Shown: positions 10,982-21,349, counted from the stretch's first letter. The stretch: 64,000 nucleotides of DNA from Paramoeba atlantica (GCA_977017575.1 CDRNVI010000012.1:62001-126000), one strand, 5' to 3'. Numbers and translations are program-made. The notes: generated from the letters alone by a model not told the origin.

Positions 10982-12419
10982 TATATAAATGTGCTTGCAT
11001 CTGTTCCCTCTACGGCCGTCTGGACACGTGCATTGAGTTCCCCCAGTGCCAATATAGACGGTGTAACGGCGATCTGTGGCTCCTTGGACCTGGTACTTAA
11101 AGTCGCCTGTTTTCTCTCTTCCATACCTCCTTCGTAGTCGAATGTGCTCATTCAAAGCCCGGCCTAAGCGTGTCGTTGGAGCCCCTGGGACGGAATCATC
11201 GCTGGAGTCCTCAGAATCTTCTGATTCATCATCATTGCGAAGCTGTGTTGATATACCGTGATGATGAAATGATGGCATAGTAGTGTCAGACGAATGCCCT
11301 TTCATGATGACCATCAGTTTTTGAAATCGTTTTTGCACGGGTGTTTTGAAAAAAATGGATGTAATAAACCGGCCTCGGGCTTGGCAGGAGGTCAAATCCC
11401 TACCCCACGTGTGAAAGAATCGCTTGCAATAACCCTTAATAGAAGAATGCACCGCTTCAGCGTTGTTAGTATGGACCGTTACATGAGGGGAGTGCTCCCT
11501 AGAAAACGCGTCTGCATGACATATAGTTAGATGTCGACAAAAGCTATCTTTCCTTGATACGCCCGCCATTCATCTGCAATAACAAGGGAATTCCGGCTTG
11601 CTATCACTGATCGTACAAAGTCATAGCATACCACTCTTGTGCGCGTGAGAGTAATTTCCCAATGCGTTTGTATTGATTCTCCGCTTTGCTCATCAACTTC
11701 AGTTGCGGTCATAAACCAGAACTTACGTTTTCGAGTTTGGTGACCACGGTGGTGCAGCCGTTTACCAATATACATGTATGTCTCATCCACCATTAGATAT
11801 CTCATGTGAGTCGGAGGAGCACGAGGAATACTGAAAACATGCTCTATTTCCTGAATATCCAGACCAAACTGGTTATTGCTCCGCCTGCTTTGCATTGATA
11901 TATGGCTCAGCAAATTTCCTTGCGCAATAAGAAGCCAGCTACGGAATTTATCAACGATTCGGGTTTTGGTAGGAAAAAAGGGGCCGAATTCCGGAACTTT
12001 TAAACGGCACTTGGACCCGTCCTCAAGTTTTTTGAAGCAAGTTTGTTTCTGAGGCCGCTCTCCACAGCGAAAACAAGAAGTGTCCGCCCCGAATGAATGA
12101 TTCTTCATCCACGGAACAACATTTTTAGCTGTTATCTGTAGAATCGAAGTCACCAATGCCAAACAGGCCAATGTTGGACACCCTGGACAGTCCATGTAGA
12201 CGAAATCAATGTGGAAATACTAAACGAACCTACAAGATGTACTCAAAAATACGAAAAACAAGTGTAAAAACCAAAAATCAATATATTTTTTCTATAAAAA
12301 AAAGCGTCAATTTAGGGTACATTTTTGCCGGATAATAGCCAAATATGTTTTAGGAGTCGATTTTAGAAAAATAATATTTTTACTTTTCTTTTGGTTTTTT
12401 TAGGAATTTCGAACTTGTC

Positions 12420-12560
12420 GGGCCCCTCCTGCGCGTACCAGGGGGGGTCACCCCCAAGTGGGGGTTATCGCCGCGGCGTACTCTAACACTTCCCTTCCCT
12501 GGATTTCGAAACATAAATTTTTTAAAGAGCATATGCCCCCCCTGGACCCCCCATTTTTTT
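12420..12560. repeat. Dispersed repeat, inverted collinear homolog of 61220-61385
   Basis: CCTGCG...GGGGGGGTCACCCCC....GGGGG and ATGCCCCCC(A)TGGACCCC shared in the same order with the reverse complement of 61220-61385. Confidence 0.6.
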
Positions 12561-12807
12561 CAATTTTGTTTTTCAATGTTTGGACCTACGACGACTATGT
12601 TGTATGCCGGATGACTATGTTGCCGGGGACTATGCTGTATGCCGCGTGACGCTTCGCGAGGAAGGCATTGCAAAGTTAATCCTCGACCTCATCACGTATC
12701 ATGGTGTGAGGCTTGGTGCACATAAAAAAGAAACCATGTGACGAAGTAAGCTCTCGAACTGCAATCAAAACAAGGCAAATACTAGAAATTTAAGACTTTT
12801 AACACAT

Positions 12808-13531
12808 GAGGGGCTGCGGGTGAAACCTCGGTGAAACCTCGCGAAACCTCAGTGAAACCTCGTGAAACTTCGATGAAACCTCGGTGAAACCTCGTGAAAC
12901 CTCGGTGAAACCTCGCGAAACCCAGCTAAAATCCCCCAAAGCCATGCCCAAATGTTTGTCGTCCAACACCTCAGCAAATATAATAGAAATACAGCAATAA
13001 TCTTTCAAATCTTCAAAACGTCTTTCAAAAATCGGTTCAGCAACGCCACAATCACGACTACACAGGCATTCGTTCTCTTCATTGAAATTTTTAAGAGATC
13101 TATTAATGTATGTGGCATACTCATACTGAGGATTCACACACAATGATCCATACATGAGAACCAATACAATCTGCACCGCATCTTTTATTTTTCAAAAGGG
13201 TCAGAAGACGTGAAAAAGGAGTTCTTTGTCTTACAATTGCTTTACTCTATACTATTTAACTTTAATTATTAAAATTACTATTTTTAAAATGTGACAAATA
13301 TCTAGGGGGGTGGTGGACGAAAAAAAAATCGAAGTGCCCAAAAGTGACTGATAACTAGGGGGGGGGGGGGTGATTGATAACTAAGGGGGTACAGTATGTG
13401 TGTACATAAATATAATAAAAGGCATATATAATCATTATTTTCCGGTGATCACCCCTACAAAATTATTGTGCATGCGAAACCTCGGTGAAACCTCGCGAAA
13501 CCTCGTGAAACCTCGCGACCCGCAGCCCCTC
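12808..13531. mobile_element. Non-autonomous TIR element (724 bp) with GAG...CTC termini and same-orientation GTGAAACCTCG arrays at both ends
   Basis: Perfect 14-bp TIR GAGGGGCTGCGGGT; ACAT on both flanks (4-bp TSD candidate); arrays at about 12821-12922 and 13474-13517. Confidence 0.8.
13285..13397 (-). mobile_element. Diverged inverted copy of the 50717-50827 mini-element, nested in the 12808 element
   Basis: GTGAC..ATA.CTAGGGGGG motif three times, ending GGGGGTACAG|TA; collinear with the reverse complement of 50717-50827. Confidence 0.7.
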
Positions 13532-13914
13532 ACATATCTAACATAATTTTCTTACTTTTTTGGCAAAAAACAGGTTTTAGCACAAGGTACATGCTGGATG
13601 TCACGCACAAGTAACTGAGGAGTTACGTCGCGAAGCGGCGCCGATTTTTTTTCCACATGGGACATTTTTTCTCCGCTGCAGTCCTCGTTAACAGCAGATT
13701 ATTGCCCATTTCTGCCATATTCTGCCGATCACCACAGACGCGTGCCCCCCCCTCTTAATCGGATCACCTTCCGCAGTTTTGAAATATCCTTTGCGCGCGC
13801 CCAATGGCCTTGGAACCCCGAAGTATTGCATAGATATACAAAGAGAGGCAGCACCGAAGGTTAAAATCAGATGAACCAAAAAATCAATCAGAATTACCAA
13901 CTAATACTCGTGCG

Positions 13915-13995
13915 GGCGGCCGTACAAGACTGGTACCGCCGCGGTGTACGGGGATAGCTGGGCGGGGAGTTCAGGGGGGGTATTACAAAAAAAAA
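13915..13995 (+). mobile_element. Very short 3' remnant of the CRE-like retrotransposon with poly(A)
   Basis: GGCCGTACAAGACTGGTACCGCCGCGG matches GGCGGTACAGGATTGGTACCGTCGCGG at the end of the 15406-16068 ORF; followed by a G-run and an A9 tract. Confidence 0.6.
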
Positions 13996-14010
13996 GTAAA
14001 AAAATGTTTT

Positions 14011-14070
14011 TAATATTCCTATACCTCGTAATATTCCTATACCCTCTTAATATTCCTACCAGGAATATTA
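14011..14070. repeat. Three tandem TAATATTCCTA units, the last forming a 10-bp hairpin
   Basis: TAATATTCCT-ACC-AGGAATATTA at 14048-14070. Confidence 0.7.
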
Positions 14071-14366
14071 ACTCGGTAACAGTGGTTTATAAAAACAATT
14101 ATAAACAAATTCCCTTTTCACTGAAATTTTCATACGCTATAGCCATAGTACGGAGCTGCACTCCTAACTAACACACATAGGACGTTGTTAGAAATTATGG
14201 AAGATCAGTTTTTTCCATTCATTGCGGTTCAGGATCGGAAGTCGAAAATCGTCATCGAGCACTCTTCATTATTGGCAATAAAGGTACACTCTTTGGTACG
14301 CATTCTGTGAATACCTCCGACAATAAAGATTAGCTTTTATTGACGACGCATCAGTTCCTTATTTTT

Positions 14367-15296
14367 ATGGGTTCCGGGGAGAACGTTACGGAAAATATTG
14401 TCCAAATGGACACCGTACTGGTTCTTCATTTTATAAGATGCGCCACACATTTTTTTGGAGCCGATACTGGAACATTTGAAGTTCCAGAGCACGATTCTCT
14501 AGTCTCGTACATAGACGTATCGCAGTGTTGTTTACGATGCACTATACGGATTCTTCATTATCTGTATTGTCAAACACTTGATACGGGGGGGAGGGCACGG
14601 ACTTTCTTTCCGGTTACAAAACGTACTCATTTATTTTGTAAGAAGCACGATCCTGCATGGACATCCCTATCAATAGACGAATTCCGAAGACAGTTTCGGT
14701 TGACTAAGCCAAAAGATTATCTTGAAAAAGCATTTTGCATTGAACAGAACTGCAACGAAAATAATACCTTAGTGTCATCTTATTTTAATGCACGAAACAG
14801 CCTTCCGAAGTTTTATGATTTTGTCGCTGTGGGTGGTACCTTTGATCGCCTACATGAGGGACATAAACTTCTGCTAACAACTGCCGCTCTTATTACGACT
14901 GGGAACCTTCGTGTAGGCGTAACGTCTGGGCCACTTCTGCTGGGGAAAAAGCACTTTGAGAAAATTCAACAGTGGCCAATTCGGGCCTCTCAGGTTCAAC
15001 GTTTCCTAAAAGATTTAAGATGTGATCTGGAAGTGAATGTTATTGAGCTTGTAGATCCTTTTGGTGGTACAGATCGAAATAAAGAATTAGAAGCTATTGT
15101 AGTTACTCCTGAGACTACGAAAACAGCAAACATGATCAATGAACAAAGAATTTGTTTTGGCCTGTTTCCTTTGGATGTTATTACTGTTCCGATGGTAAAA
15201 CGTCTGAAAAATGCAGATAATAGTACGCATTCCTTTATCAGCAGCACGCTCCTTCGAGAGAGTGAAGCCTCGCAGCTTGGTAATATGAAATCCTAA
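14367..15296 (+). CDS. PPAT: Phosphopantetheine adenylyltransferase (eukaryotic/archaeal cytidylyltransferase type) with N-terminal extension
   Basis: VAVGGTFDRLHEGHKLLL, LVDPFGG, AIVVTPET, ISSTLLR. Confidence 0.8.
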   Translation: MGSGENVTENIVQMDTVLVLHFIRCATHFFGADTGTFEVPEHDSLVSYIDVSQCCLRCTIRILHYLYCQTLDTGGRARTFFPVTKRTHLFCKKHDPAWTSLSIDEFRRQFRLTKPKDYLEKAFCIEQNCNENNTLVSSYFNARNSLPKFYDFVAVGGTFDRLHEGHKLLLTTAALITTGNLRVGVTSGPLLLGKKHFEKIQQWPIRASQVQRFLKDLRCDLEVNVIELVDPFGGTDRNKELEAIVVTPETTKTANMINEQRICFGLFPLDVITVPMVKRLKNADNSTHSFISSTLLRESEASQLGNMKS

Positions 15297-15339
15297 AGTT
15301 CGATTATTAAAATTCATTTTTCTAGACATAAGAAACACT

Positions 15340-16095
15340 TGAAGGTCGTTCATCCATGTTGCGTATCTACAAACGCCTGTCCAGGGAAACGAAAAGAATC
15401 AAGCGATGCACAGAAGAATACAATACTACATGCGGGACCCCGAGTGGGAAACAGCGGCCCGCCTTCGGTACTTGGTCTCCCCGACCTCCGAACCTGAACT
15501 ACAGTGCGTGTGCGGCGCCACCCTCAGGAACGAGGATTTTTGCGTCCACGCGCTGGACTGCAAGAAGGTCAGAGGCAAGACCCAAGCCTCCCGACATAAA
15601 GTAGTTAAGGAAACCTTCCGAAACCTCCTAATCAACTGTGGTTTCTCCCCAGACCTTTGCGAACCCAGGTTTGACAACGGTCGAGGCCCTGACATATGCT
15701 TCCAACTGGGCCGGAAGCTCGCCCTTGTGGACGTCACCGTGGTCAACCCACTGGCCCCGTCCTGCGTAGATAAGGAGGCCGCCCATCCCTCTTATACACT
15801 GAGGATGGCGGAAGGCAACAAGCGCCGCGCCCATGACGAGATGGCGGCCGCCAGAGGGATGGATTTTTTCCCCCTGGCCTTCACCACCTATGGGGTGCCT
15901 GGCCCAGAGACCCTCAATTTTCTCAATAGGGTGGCCAGAGCACACACGTCCGACAGGGCCGGATGTCTCTCTCACCTTCTGATGGCTATGGGAGTAGCCA
16001 TCCAGAGGGGCAATGCCCAGATAGTGCAAGCGGCGGTACAGGATTGGTACCGTCGCGGGGTGCGCTAACTGGGGTAGGAGCGGGGGGTGAAAATA
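15340..16095 (+). mobile_element. 5'-truncated CRE-clade non-LTR retrotransposon (zinc knuckle plus restriction-like endonuclease)
   Basis: AARLR, CVCG...HALDC, RHKVV, PD...LVDVTV, K...H, FFPLAFTTYG, AIQRGNA; GC-rich relative to flanks; no RT core present. Confidence 0.8.
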
Positions 16096-16271
16096 TAATA
16101 TTAAATATTATTTAATACGTGTCTCATATTCTATAATCTACCTTTAATAAATAATATACCTTTATTGTATAATACAATAACAATGGAAGAGTCTTTTTTA
16201 ATTAATTTTTCGTATATCAAAGCCTTAGATATCGTCTTTTTCAGTTCATACTCACAATTTCTTTGCCTAAA

Positions 16272-17693
16272 ATGCATAAGACAATGATAACTGGAACAGT
16301 CTCATGCAGAAAAGATAAAGCTATAGCACAACCTGCTGTCTTAAAAATCGCTTCTAGCGCACATTTGCAAGCTTCGTCCTCCACCACTTTTCCTGAATCT
16401 GATCGGAAAACGTATGCCGAAACCGTTTTAAACCGCAAGAGAATGCATAAACTTGGGAGTCCGACGGGGGATGACAAGGCTATAGGAGGACAAGTAATGG
16501 AAAAGCAATGCTTACCAACCTTGATCAATGCAAACAGCAATGAAATTTCTGAGTCTCACGAAGGCCAGGAAGGAAAAAAGCCGAAAGGGACTTTTCCAGT
16601 CCCTCATCAATCCACAGATGAAGGGCACTACTATGTAGTTCTTGGGGAGAATCTTGATCAACAGAACAGATACAAGATTATTAGTTATCTCGGTCACGGT
16701 ACCTTCGGAAAAGTTGTAGAGGCATGGGATCGGCAGAAGCGCGAATTTTGCGCCATAAAGATAGTGCGACACACCGAAAAATATACTAGAGACGCTCGCA
16801 TCGAGGCGCACTATATGGAACGTATTGCAAGGGCTGACCCATATGATGAATATGGCTTTGTACAATTGCGCAGATACTTTGTACATTCTCAAGGTAACAT
16901 GTGTCTTGTTATGCCACGGCATGGAAAATCTCTTTTGAGCGTTACCCACCGCTTCGGTCCTCTGCCCTTGGCATACGCTGCCCAAATTGCTCAACAGTTG
17001 GGGCATGCACTTCACTTTCTACACATAAAGGCGGGATACGTGCATACCGACTTGAAACCTGAGAATATTTTACTGGATGAACCTTTGCCACGGGGCGCTC
17101 GTCTTCCTGCCACTTTCAAGATACGGATATGCGACCTCGGCGGGTGTAGCGACGCTAAGCACGCCGCAAAGGGGACAGTGGTTACCACGAGACACTACCG
17201 GGCCCCAGAGGTGATCTTAGGACTTGGGTGGTCGTATGCTGCAGACATATGGAGCGTGGGCTGTATCTTATATGAAATAGTTACAGGAAAATTGTTGTAC
17301 AACACCCACGATGATCTGGAGCATCTTTATATGATGCAAGTGACACATGGTCCTCTCCCGCGTGATTGGGCAGAACGCTGTCACTCTCGCGCCCGGTCCT
17401 GTTTCATGTCCGATGGCTCCGGGGACCTGTGCCCTCTCCCATGTTCCGAGAGACTTTCCGAGCTGTCGAGCATTGAGAGCAAAGTACGTGACCCCAACCT
17501 TGTTCGTCTCATACAGGACTGTCTTACTCTCGATCCCTCTTGTCGGGTCACCGCTGAGCGTCTGGCATGTCACCCAGCAGTTCAGATGGCACTCTCCTCG
17601 CTACCCGAGTCGGAGGTCCTCCAGGCTTTCTCGCTCTTTGAGTCTTCTTTGCATCCACGGCGGCTCGTGCCGGTGTCCCAGCCCTCAGGGTAG
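16272..17693 (+). CDS. KKT10: CLK/LAMMER-family kinase, kinetoplastid KKT10/KKT19 (CLK1)-like
   Basis: GHYYVVLGE, LGHGTFGKVVEAWDR, KYTRDARIE, HTDLKPENIL, TRHYRAPEVILGLGW, EHLYMM. Confidence 0.85.
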   Translation: MHKTMITGTVSCRKDKAIAQPAVLKIASSAHLQASSSTTFPESDRKTYAETVLNRKRMHKLGSPTGDDKAIGGQVMEKQCLPTLINANSNEISESHEGQEGKKPKGTFPVPHQSTDEGHYYVVLGENLDQQNRYKIISYLGHGTFGKVVEAWDRQKREFCAIKIVRHTEKYTRDARIEAHYMERIARADPYDEYGFVQLRRYFVHSQGNMCLVMPRHGKSLLSVTHRFGPLPLAYAAQIAQQLGHALHFLHIKAGYVHTDLKPENILLDEPLPRGARLPATFKIRICDLGGCSDAKHAAKGTVVTTRHYRAPEVILGLGWSYAADIWSVGCILYEIVTGKLLYNTHDDLEHLYMMQVTHGPLPRDWAERCHSRARSCFMSDGSGDLCPLPCSERLSELSSIESKVRDPNLVRLIQDCLTLDPSCRVTAERLACHPAVQMALSSLPESEVLQAFSLFESSLHPRRLVPVSQPSG

Positions 17694-18264
17694 TTTCCAA
17701 GTGTGCAATAGAGCAGAATAAATATAGAGCGTGCATCCTACTTTCCCGTAAGGATGCATCCGTTCGACAAAGAAAGAGCCGTGCTTTATTCCTGTAAAGT
17801 TAAGTTTCCGAACGCGAGTTACAGCCGACATGGAAAAAGGGGCTCTTTTGCGGATGCACTATGACTTCAGTAGATTTCACTTTAGATCTACTTTAGAATA
17901 GACACTGCAGAATCTTCTCACACACCAATGATTATTCATAGTTATTCTAGCTTGCCTCACGATAGCGCCTAAATATACAGCGCTCTTCTATTGGCTGCTT
18001 TGTTTCTATTATATGCGTTTCGGGGGACAGAAAAGGTCTCTCTTGATCTCATGCTATTTCTTAAATGTTTTAGTGCATCGAATAGTCATGGGTGTAGAAA
18101 GACATTCACTTCTTTAAACTACACACTGCTCATGATACATGTATATTCTACATGTATACAAGAAGATGACATTATCTGTTATGAATCATTATCTGTTTAT
18201 AAGTAGCGAAAGTTACTTAGTAATTCACATCATTCGATTTAATTACTACCTACAAAATCCTGCA

Positions 18265-19776
18265 ATGACAGAGCCCACATCCATGTTACCACTTCAGGGT
18301 ACTAACTTAACAAGTTACGTTACCGTGACCGAACATGATTTGACCGACGTAATGAAATCCTCGAAATGGGGCATTGCTCCCCTTCTCGATGACACACTTC
18401 TTTCACAGATTACTCATCTACAAAGGCAGCAAGGCCATCTCATAGTGCTGATTTATTTGCTAAAGGATTTCACTATAGGCCATGCTCACATGATTTCTCA
18501 AATTAAACCTCGAGGCGAGTTGTCTCAGGAATACACGTCACTACCTTTACCAGAGCATTGGCAATATATTTTTAAGATCAAATGGGTGGGTGTCTCGTGC
18601 ATTGATATTACAAGAGTTGATTCGATGATACCAGATGCACTGCAGGATTCTTGGGCATCTCGACCCGATGTGTCGCTCGTGCCAGAGATTGTGGGAGCTG
18701 ATATTTGTTCGCTGCTCTCTGCTGCAAGCGACCCTCGGCAGTATTGGAGAAAAGGCGCGCCAAAATCTCTTACAAAGTACGACTCATATGAGAAATATAT
18801 GCAACAAATGAATTCGTCTGATAAAAGTGATCTACTTGCGTCTCACATGGCGAAGTCTGTTGATACCTCAATGGATATTGATGAACGTTCCGACATAAAA
18901 GCTCTTGTAAGTGAATACAATAGGACCCGGAAAACCAAAGCGTGGTCATTCAGTGATATTGAGTCCACTTTTATTTCCCTGGTTCGAGATATGAAGGGTG
19001 TGACTGTTGCATTTGAAATTGTGGGAAAAGAGAGAGAAAAAGATGTGTTGGAACGCTGCGTTCGTGCTCTTGAGCATACCTTTGTCGCCGAAGCCTCGGT
19101 CTCACATGCCTCAATATTTTGCGAGCAACTCATATTCTGGTGCAAAGGGAAGAATCTTCTTCTCAAAAGATTAGCACAATCCATAAAAGGAAACATACAC
19201 AAGCTTTTATTACAATCGCACAGTACTAGAGTACTTCGAGCAGCTGTCGTTGTTTTTCCCTCTCCCGGAAGAGAGCTTATTGCACGTGAGATACGGGCAA
19301 TTCTTAAAGAGTCTCACACCTCCCTTTCTCCACATACAGTTTCAGTAGCTAGGGACTTGCTGCATTTTCATGCAAAATTTCTTTCTGCAATTGCGGAGGA
19401 TTTGTTGGAGGAAGATCAAAACGTCCATGGTTTGATGACCGATATTTCTCTTGTTCGCGATTTTCTGGATTGTTGGAAAAACGTATCTGATGATGCTTCC
19501 CGTTATAAAATCTTGAATTATTTGTGTCGACGTCTCCCTAAATATCTAGGCCACGTGCCAACTCTTCTAGAATACATTTTGCCCTTAATAGAGGATGCCA
19601 CCAAGATCTCGATTGAGGAAGTAAATCACTTACAAGTAGAGTTACTCAAATCTTATTTAGAGGCGGAACAATGTAGAGAAAAACTTCCGTTAGCTACTGT
19701 GGACGCACTTACGGAAGGGAAACAGCATTTGTTTAATACTTGCCACACCTCATTCAAGCCTCTTTTTTCATTTTAG
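18265..19776 (+). CDS. Divergent YTH-domain protein with C-terminal helical (Pumilio-like) repeats
   Basis: KSSKWG, GHAHMIS, YIFKIKWV, SRP...VGADICSLL follow the YTH pattern; IKGNIHKLLLQSHSTRVLRAAV resembles a PUF repeat; first ATG in the track is 18139. Confidence 0.55.
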   Translation: MTEPTSMLPLQGTNLTSYVTVTEHDLTDVMKSSKWGIAPLLDDTLLSQITHLQRQQGHLIVLIYLLKDFTIGHAHMISQIKPRGELSQEYTSLPLPEHWQYIFKIKWVGVSCIDITRVDSMIPDALQDSWASRPDVSLVPEIVGADICSLLSAASDPRQYWRKGAPKSLTKYDSYEKYMQQMNSSDKSDLLASHMAKSVDTSMDIDERSDIKALVSEYNRTRKTKAWSFSDIESTFISLVRDMKGVTVAFEIVGKEREKDVLERCVRALEHTFVAEASVSHASIFCEQLIFWCKGKNLLLKRLAQSIKGNIHKLLLQSHSTRVLRAAVVVFPSPGRELIAREIRAILKESHTSLSPHTVSVARDLLHFHAKFLSAIAEDLLEEDQNVHGLMTDISLVRDFLDCWKNVSDDASRYKILNYLCRRLPKYLGHVPTLLEYILPLIEDATKISIEEVNHLQVELLKSYLEAEQCREKLPLATVDALTEGKQHLFNTCHTSFKPLFSF

Positions 19777-19884
19777 TGGTACAAAAATCCCGTATCTGAA
19801 AGTTTGAGATGCAATACCCACGGCGTCACACTCCCTTTTTGAAAAACGATTAAACGCAGAAATTAAAACTTTCCTAGCTTTTCT

Positions 19885-20560
19885 TCCTCCTTCACTTTCG
19901 ACACTTTACCCTTCTCATTCCATGAGCGTTTCCTCCGAAAAGGTTCTCCTCGCCCTCGACGTCATCGACGCCCATTTCGGCGGCACCGTCACCCCCGTCG
20001 CACGACGTCTCCTCCACGCCCCCCTCCCCCTCCCCCTCCGGGACGCCGTTGTCGTCGACAACCTCTCCCCCGCCGCCGCCCTGGTCGCCCTCGGGGTCTT
20101 ATTCCAACACAACCTGCTCCTCCTGGGCACCGCCCCCCGCACCCTCGAGCTCAGTGCCCCCCGGGCGTGCCTGCGACTCGCCCACGCGCGGTTCCTGCAC
20201 GCCGCCCAGCAGCGTCTCGGGGTCCCCGGGGAGGTCATCACGGGGCTGTTCCTGGAGCACGGGCGGCTGTCGGAGAGCGCGCTGCGGGTGCAGCTCGCCT
20301 CGCGCTACCCCACCGCGAGCCCCGCGGAGCGCGCGAGCCACATGGGGGCGTTTCACCACATGACGGGCGGGAGTGTGCGCTATATCGTGCCCTGTCTCGC
20401 TGTGTCGTTGGGGAGCCCCAACGTTGGGGGGGTGGAGGGGTGTGAGGTGATCGGGGAGGAGGATCTGGAGGGGGAACCGTTGGTGAAAAGGTGGTGTCCA
20501 GAGCAAAGTAGCGCCGAGGGGTGTGAATCGGGAGGGCGGGTACAGCGCCCGGAGAATAAG
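19885..20560. other. C-rich to G-rich skew-flip island (flip about 20230)
   Basis: Leu CTC, Val GTC, Ala GCC codons before the flip; CTG/TTG, GTG, GCG, GGG after. Confidence 0.8.
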
Positions 20561-21349
20561 GAAAGGTCGGTACTGTATCGCCTGGATCTGATGCAGTTTC
20601 TGTATGACCTTCGGTGTGAGGCTATTCTGGGTTATGTGGATACGCTTTTTGTGGATCACAGCGTTTCTCGTACGTTCATGCGACGTATGATGGAACTGGA
20701 TGCCTCCCAGTTGGACCATCTGGAGAGCGCAGAGGGCTTTGCCCCTTTTCCCTCTGACACGACGCCAATTGCGGCGCACTCTTTGGCACAAAGTTTCGAA
20801 CAGTCCGGACCGGAGACGGAAAGTTTGCTACAAGGGCTCGCCTCTCCCGCAACAGGGCAATACCTGACGCGGCTCTCGGCTTCCTCCGGCCAGTCCCTGT
20901 ACTCTTTAAATCTACGAAAACTCTGCGATGAGATGCGTATTGAGGCCACAGAGAGTGTTCTGCGGCGTCGTTTTCAGCGGGAGGGACTGCGAATTTTCCG
21001 CCTTCTCACGCGGCACAAATTTTTAGAAGACATGGCGATATCGGAACTCGCTAAGATTGCGCCTGAGGTCGTGAGACGTCACCTGTTTGAGTTACTGCAG
21101 TGCGGTTTCGTGCGTACTCAGCGTGTTGCTGCAACGCCTAAAGACTTTCTTCTTTGGGGAATTAATCACACAAATGGCATGTCACAAGTGCTACAGAGCA
21201 CGTACCACACGATACGACTCATGCTTTCTCGATTAAAAGTCGAAAAGGATGTCTCAAGCGATGTGGCACTCACGGATAAAATGAGTTCAACACTCGCAAC
21301 TTCTATACTAAATATGATGGATATGGTCTTACTTTTGGAAGTTTTTTAA
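19922..21349 (+). CDS. RPC3: RNA polymerase III subunit RPC3/C82-like
   Basis: HFGGTVTPVARRLL and ALGVLFQHNL winged-helix start; GLRIFRLL...FLEDMAISELAKIAPEVVRRHLFELLQCGFV. Confidence 0.65.
   Translation: MSVSSEKVLLALDVIDAHFGGTVTPVARRLLHAPLPLPLRDAVVVDNLSPAAALVALGVLFQHNLLLLGTAPRTLELSAPRACLRLAHARFLHAAQQRLGVPGEVITGLFLEHGRLSESALRVQLASRYPTASPAERASHMGAFHHMTGGSVRYIVPCLAVSLGSPNVGGVEGCEVIGEEDLEGEPLVKRWCPEQSSAEGCESGGRVQRPENKERSVLYRLDLMQFLYDLRCEAILGYVDTLFVDHSVSRTFMRRMMELDASQLDHLESAEGFAPFPSDTTPIAAHSLAQSFEQSGPETESLLQGLASPATGQYLTRLSASSGQSLYSLNLRKLCDEMRIEATESVLRRRFQREGLRIFRLLTRHKFLEDMAISELAKIAPEVVRRHLFELLQCGFVRTQRVAATPKDFLLWGINHTNGMSQVLQSTYHTIRLMLSRLKVEKDVSSDVALTDKMSSTLATSILNMMDMVLLLEVF

Larger units (their letters stand above)
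8828..12195 (-). pseudogene. Merlin/IS1595-family transposase with C-terminal SWIM zinc finger; frameshifted and split by a Tc1-like insertion
   Basis: VDETYMYIGKRLHHRG, VIADEWRAY, frameshift near 11550, HLTICH...VHTNNAEAVHSSIK, acidic linker, CTCPD...CKHI; FMLMKIIRFF resumes beyond the insert at 8828-8860; element termini not located. Confidence 0.8.

Noticed and set aside
11540-11560. Programmed -1 frameshift in the Merlin transposase
   Set aside because: No canonical X XXY YYZ slippery site or clear downstream structure; the element is otherwise disrupted
10946-12195. Bacterial IS1595/IS630 contamination or a prokaryotic contig
   Set aside because: Flanking genes are eukaryote-specific (MPP10, MAK16, AP4E1, MCM7) and the elements match eukaryotic Merlin/Tc1 structure
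12821-12922. GTGAAACCTCG array as a CRISPR array
   Set aside because: Units are 10-11 bp and contiguous with no unique spacers; they lie inside a TIR element and no cas genes are present
13895-16200. Spliced-leader RNA gene near the CRE-like copies
   Set aside because: AACTAA occurs but no 39-nt SL exon-like sequence with a GT donor was seen
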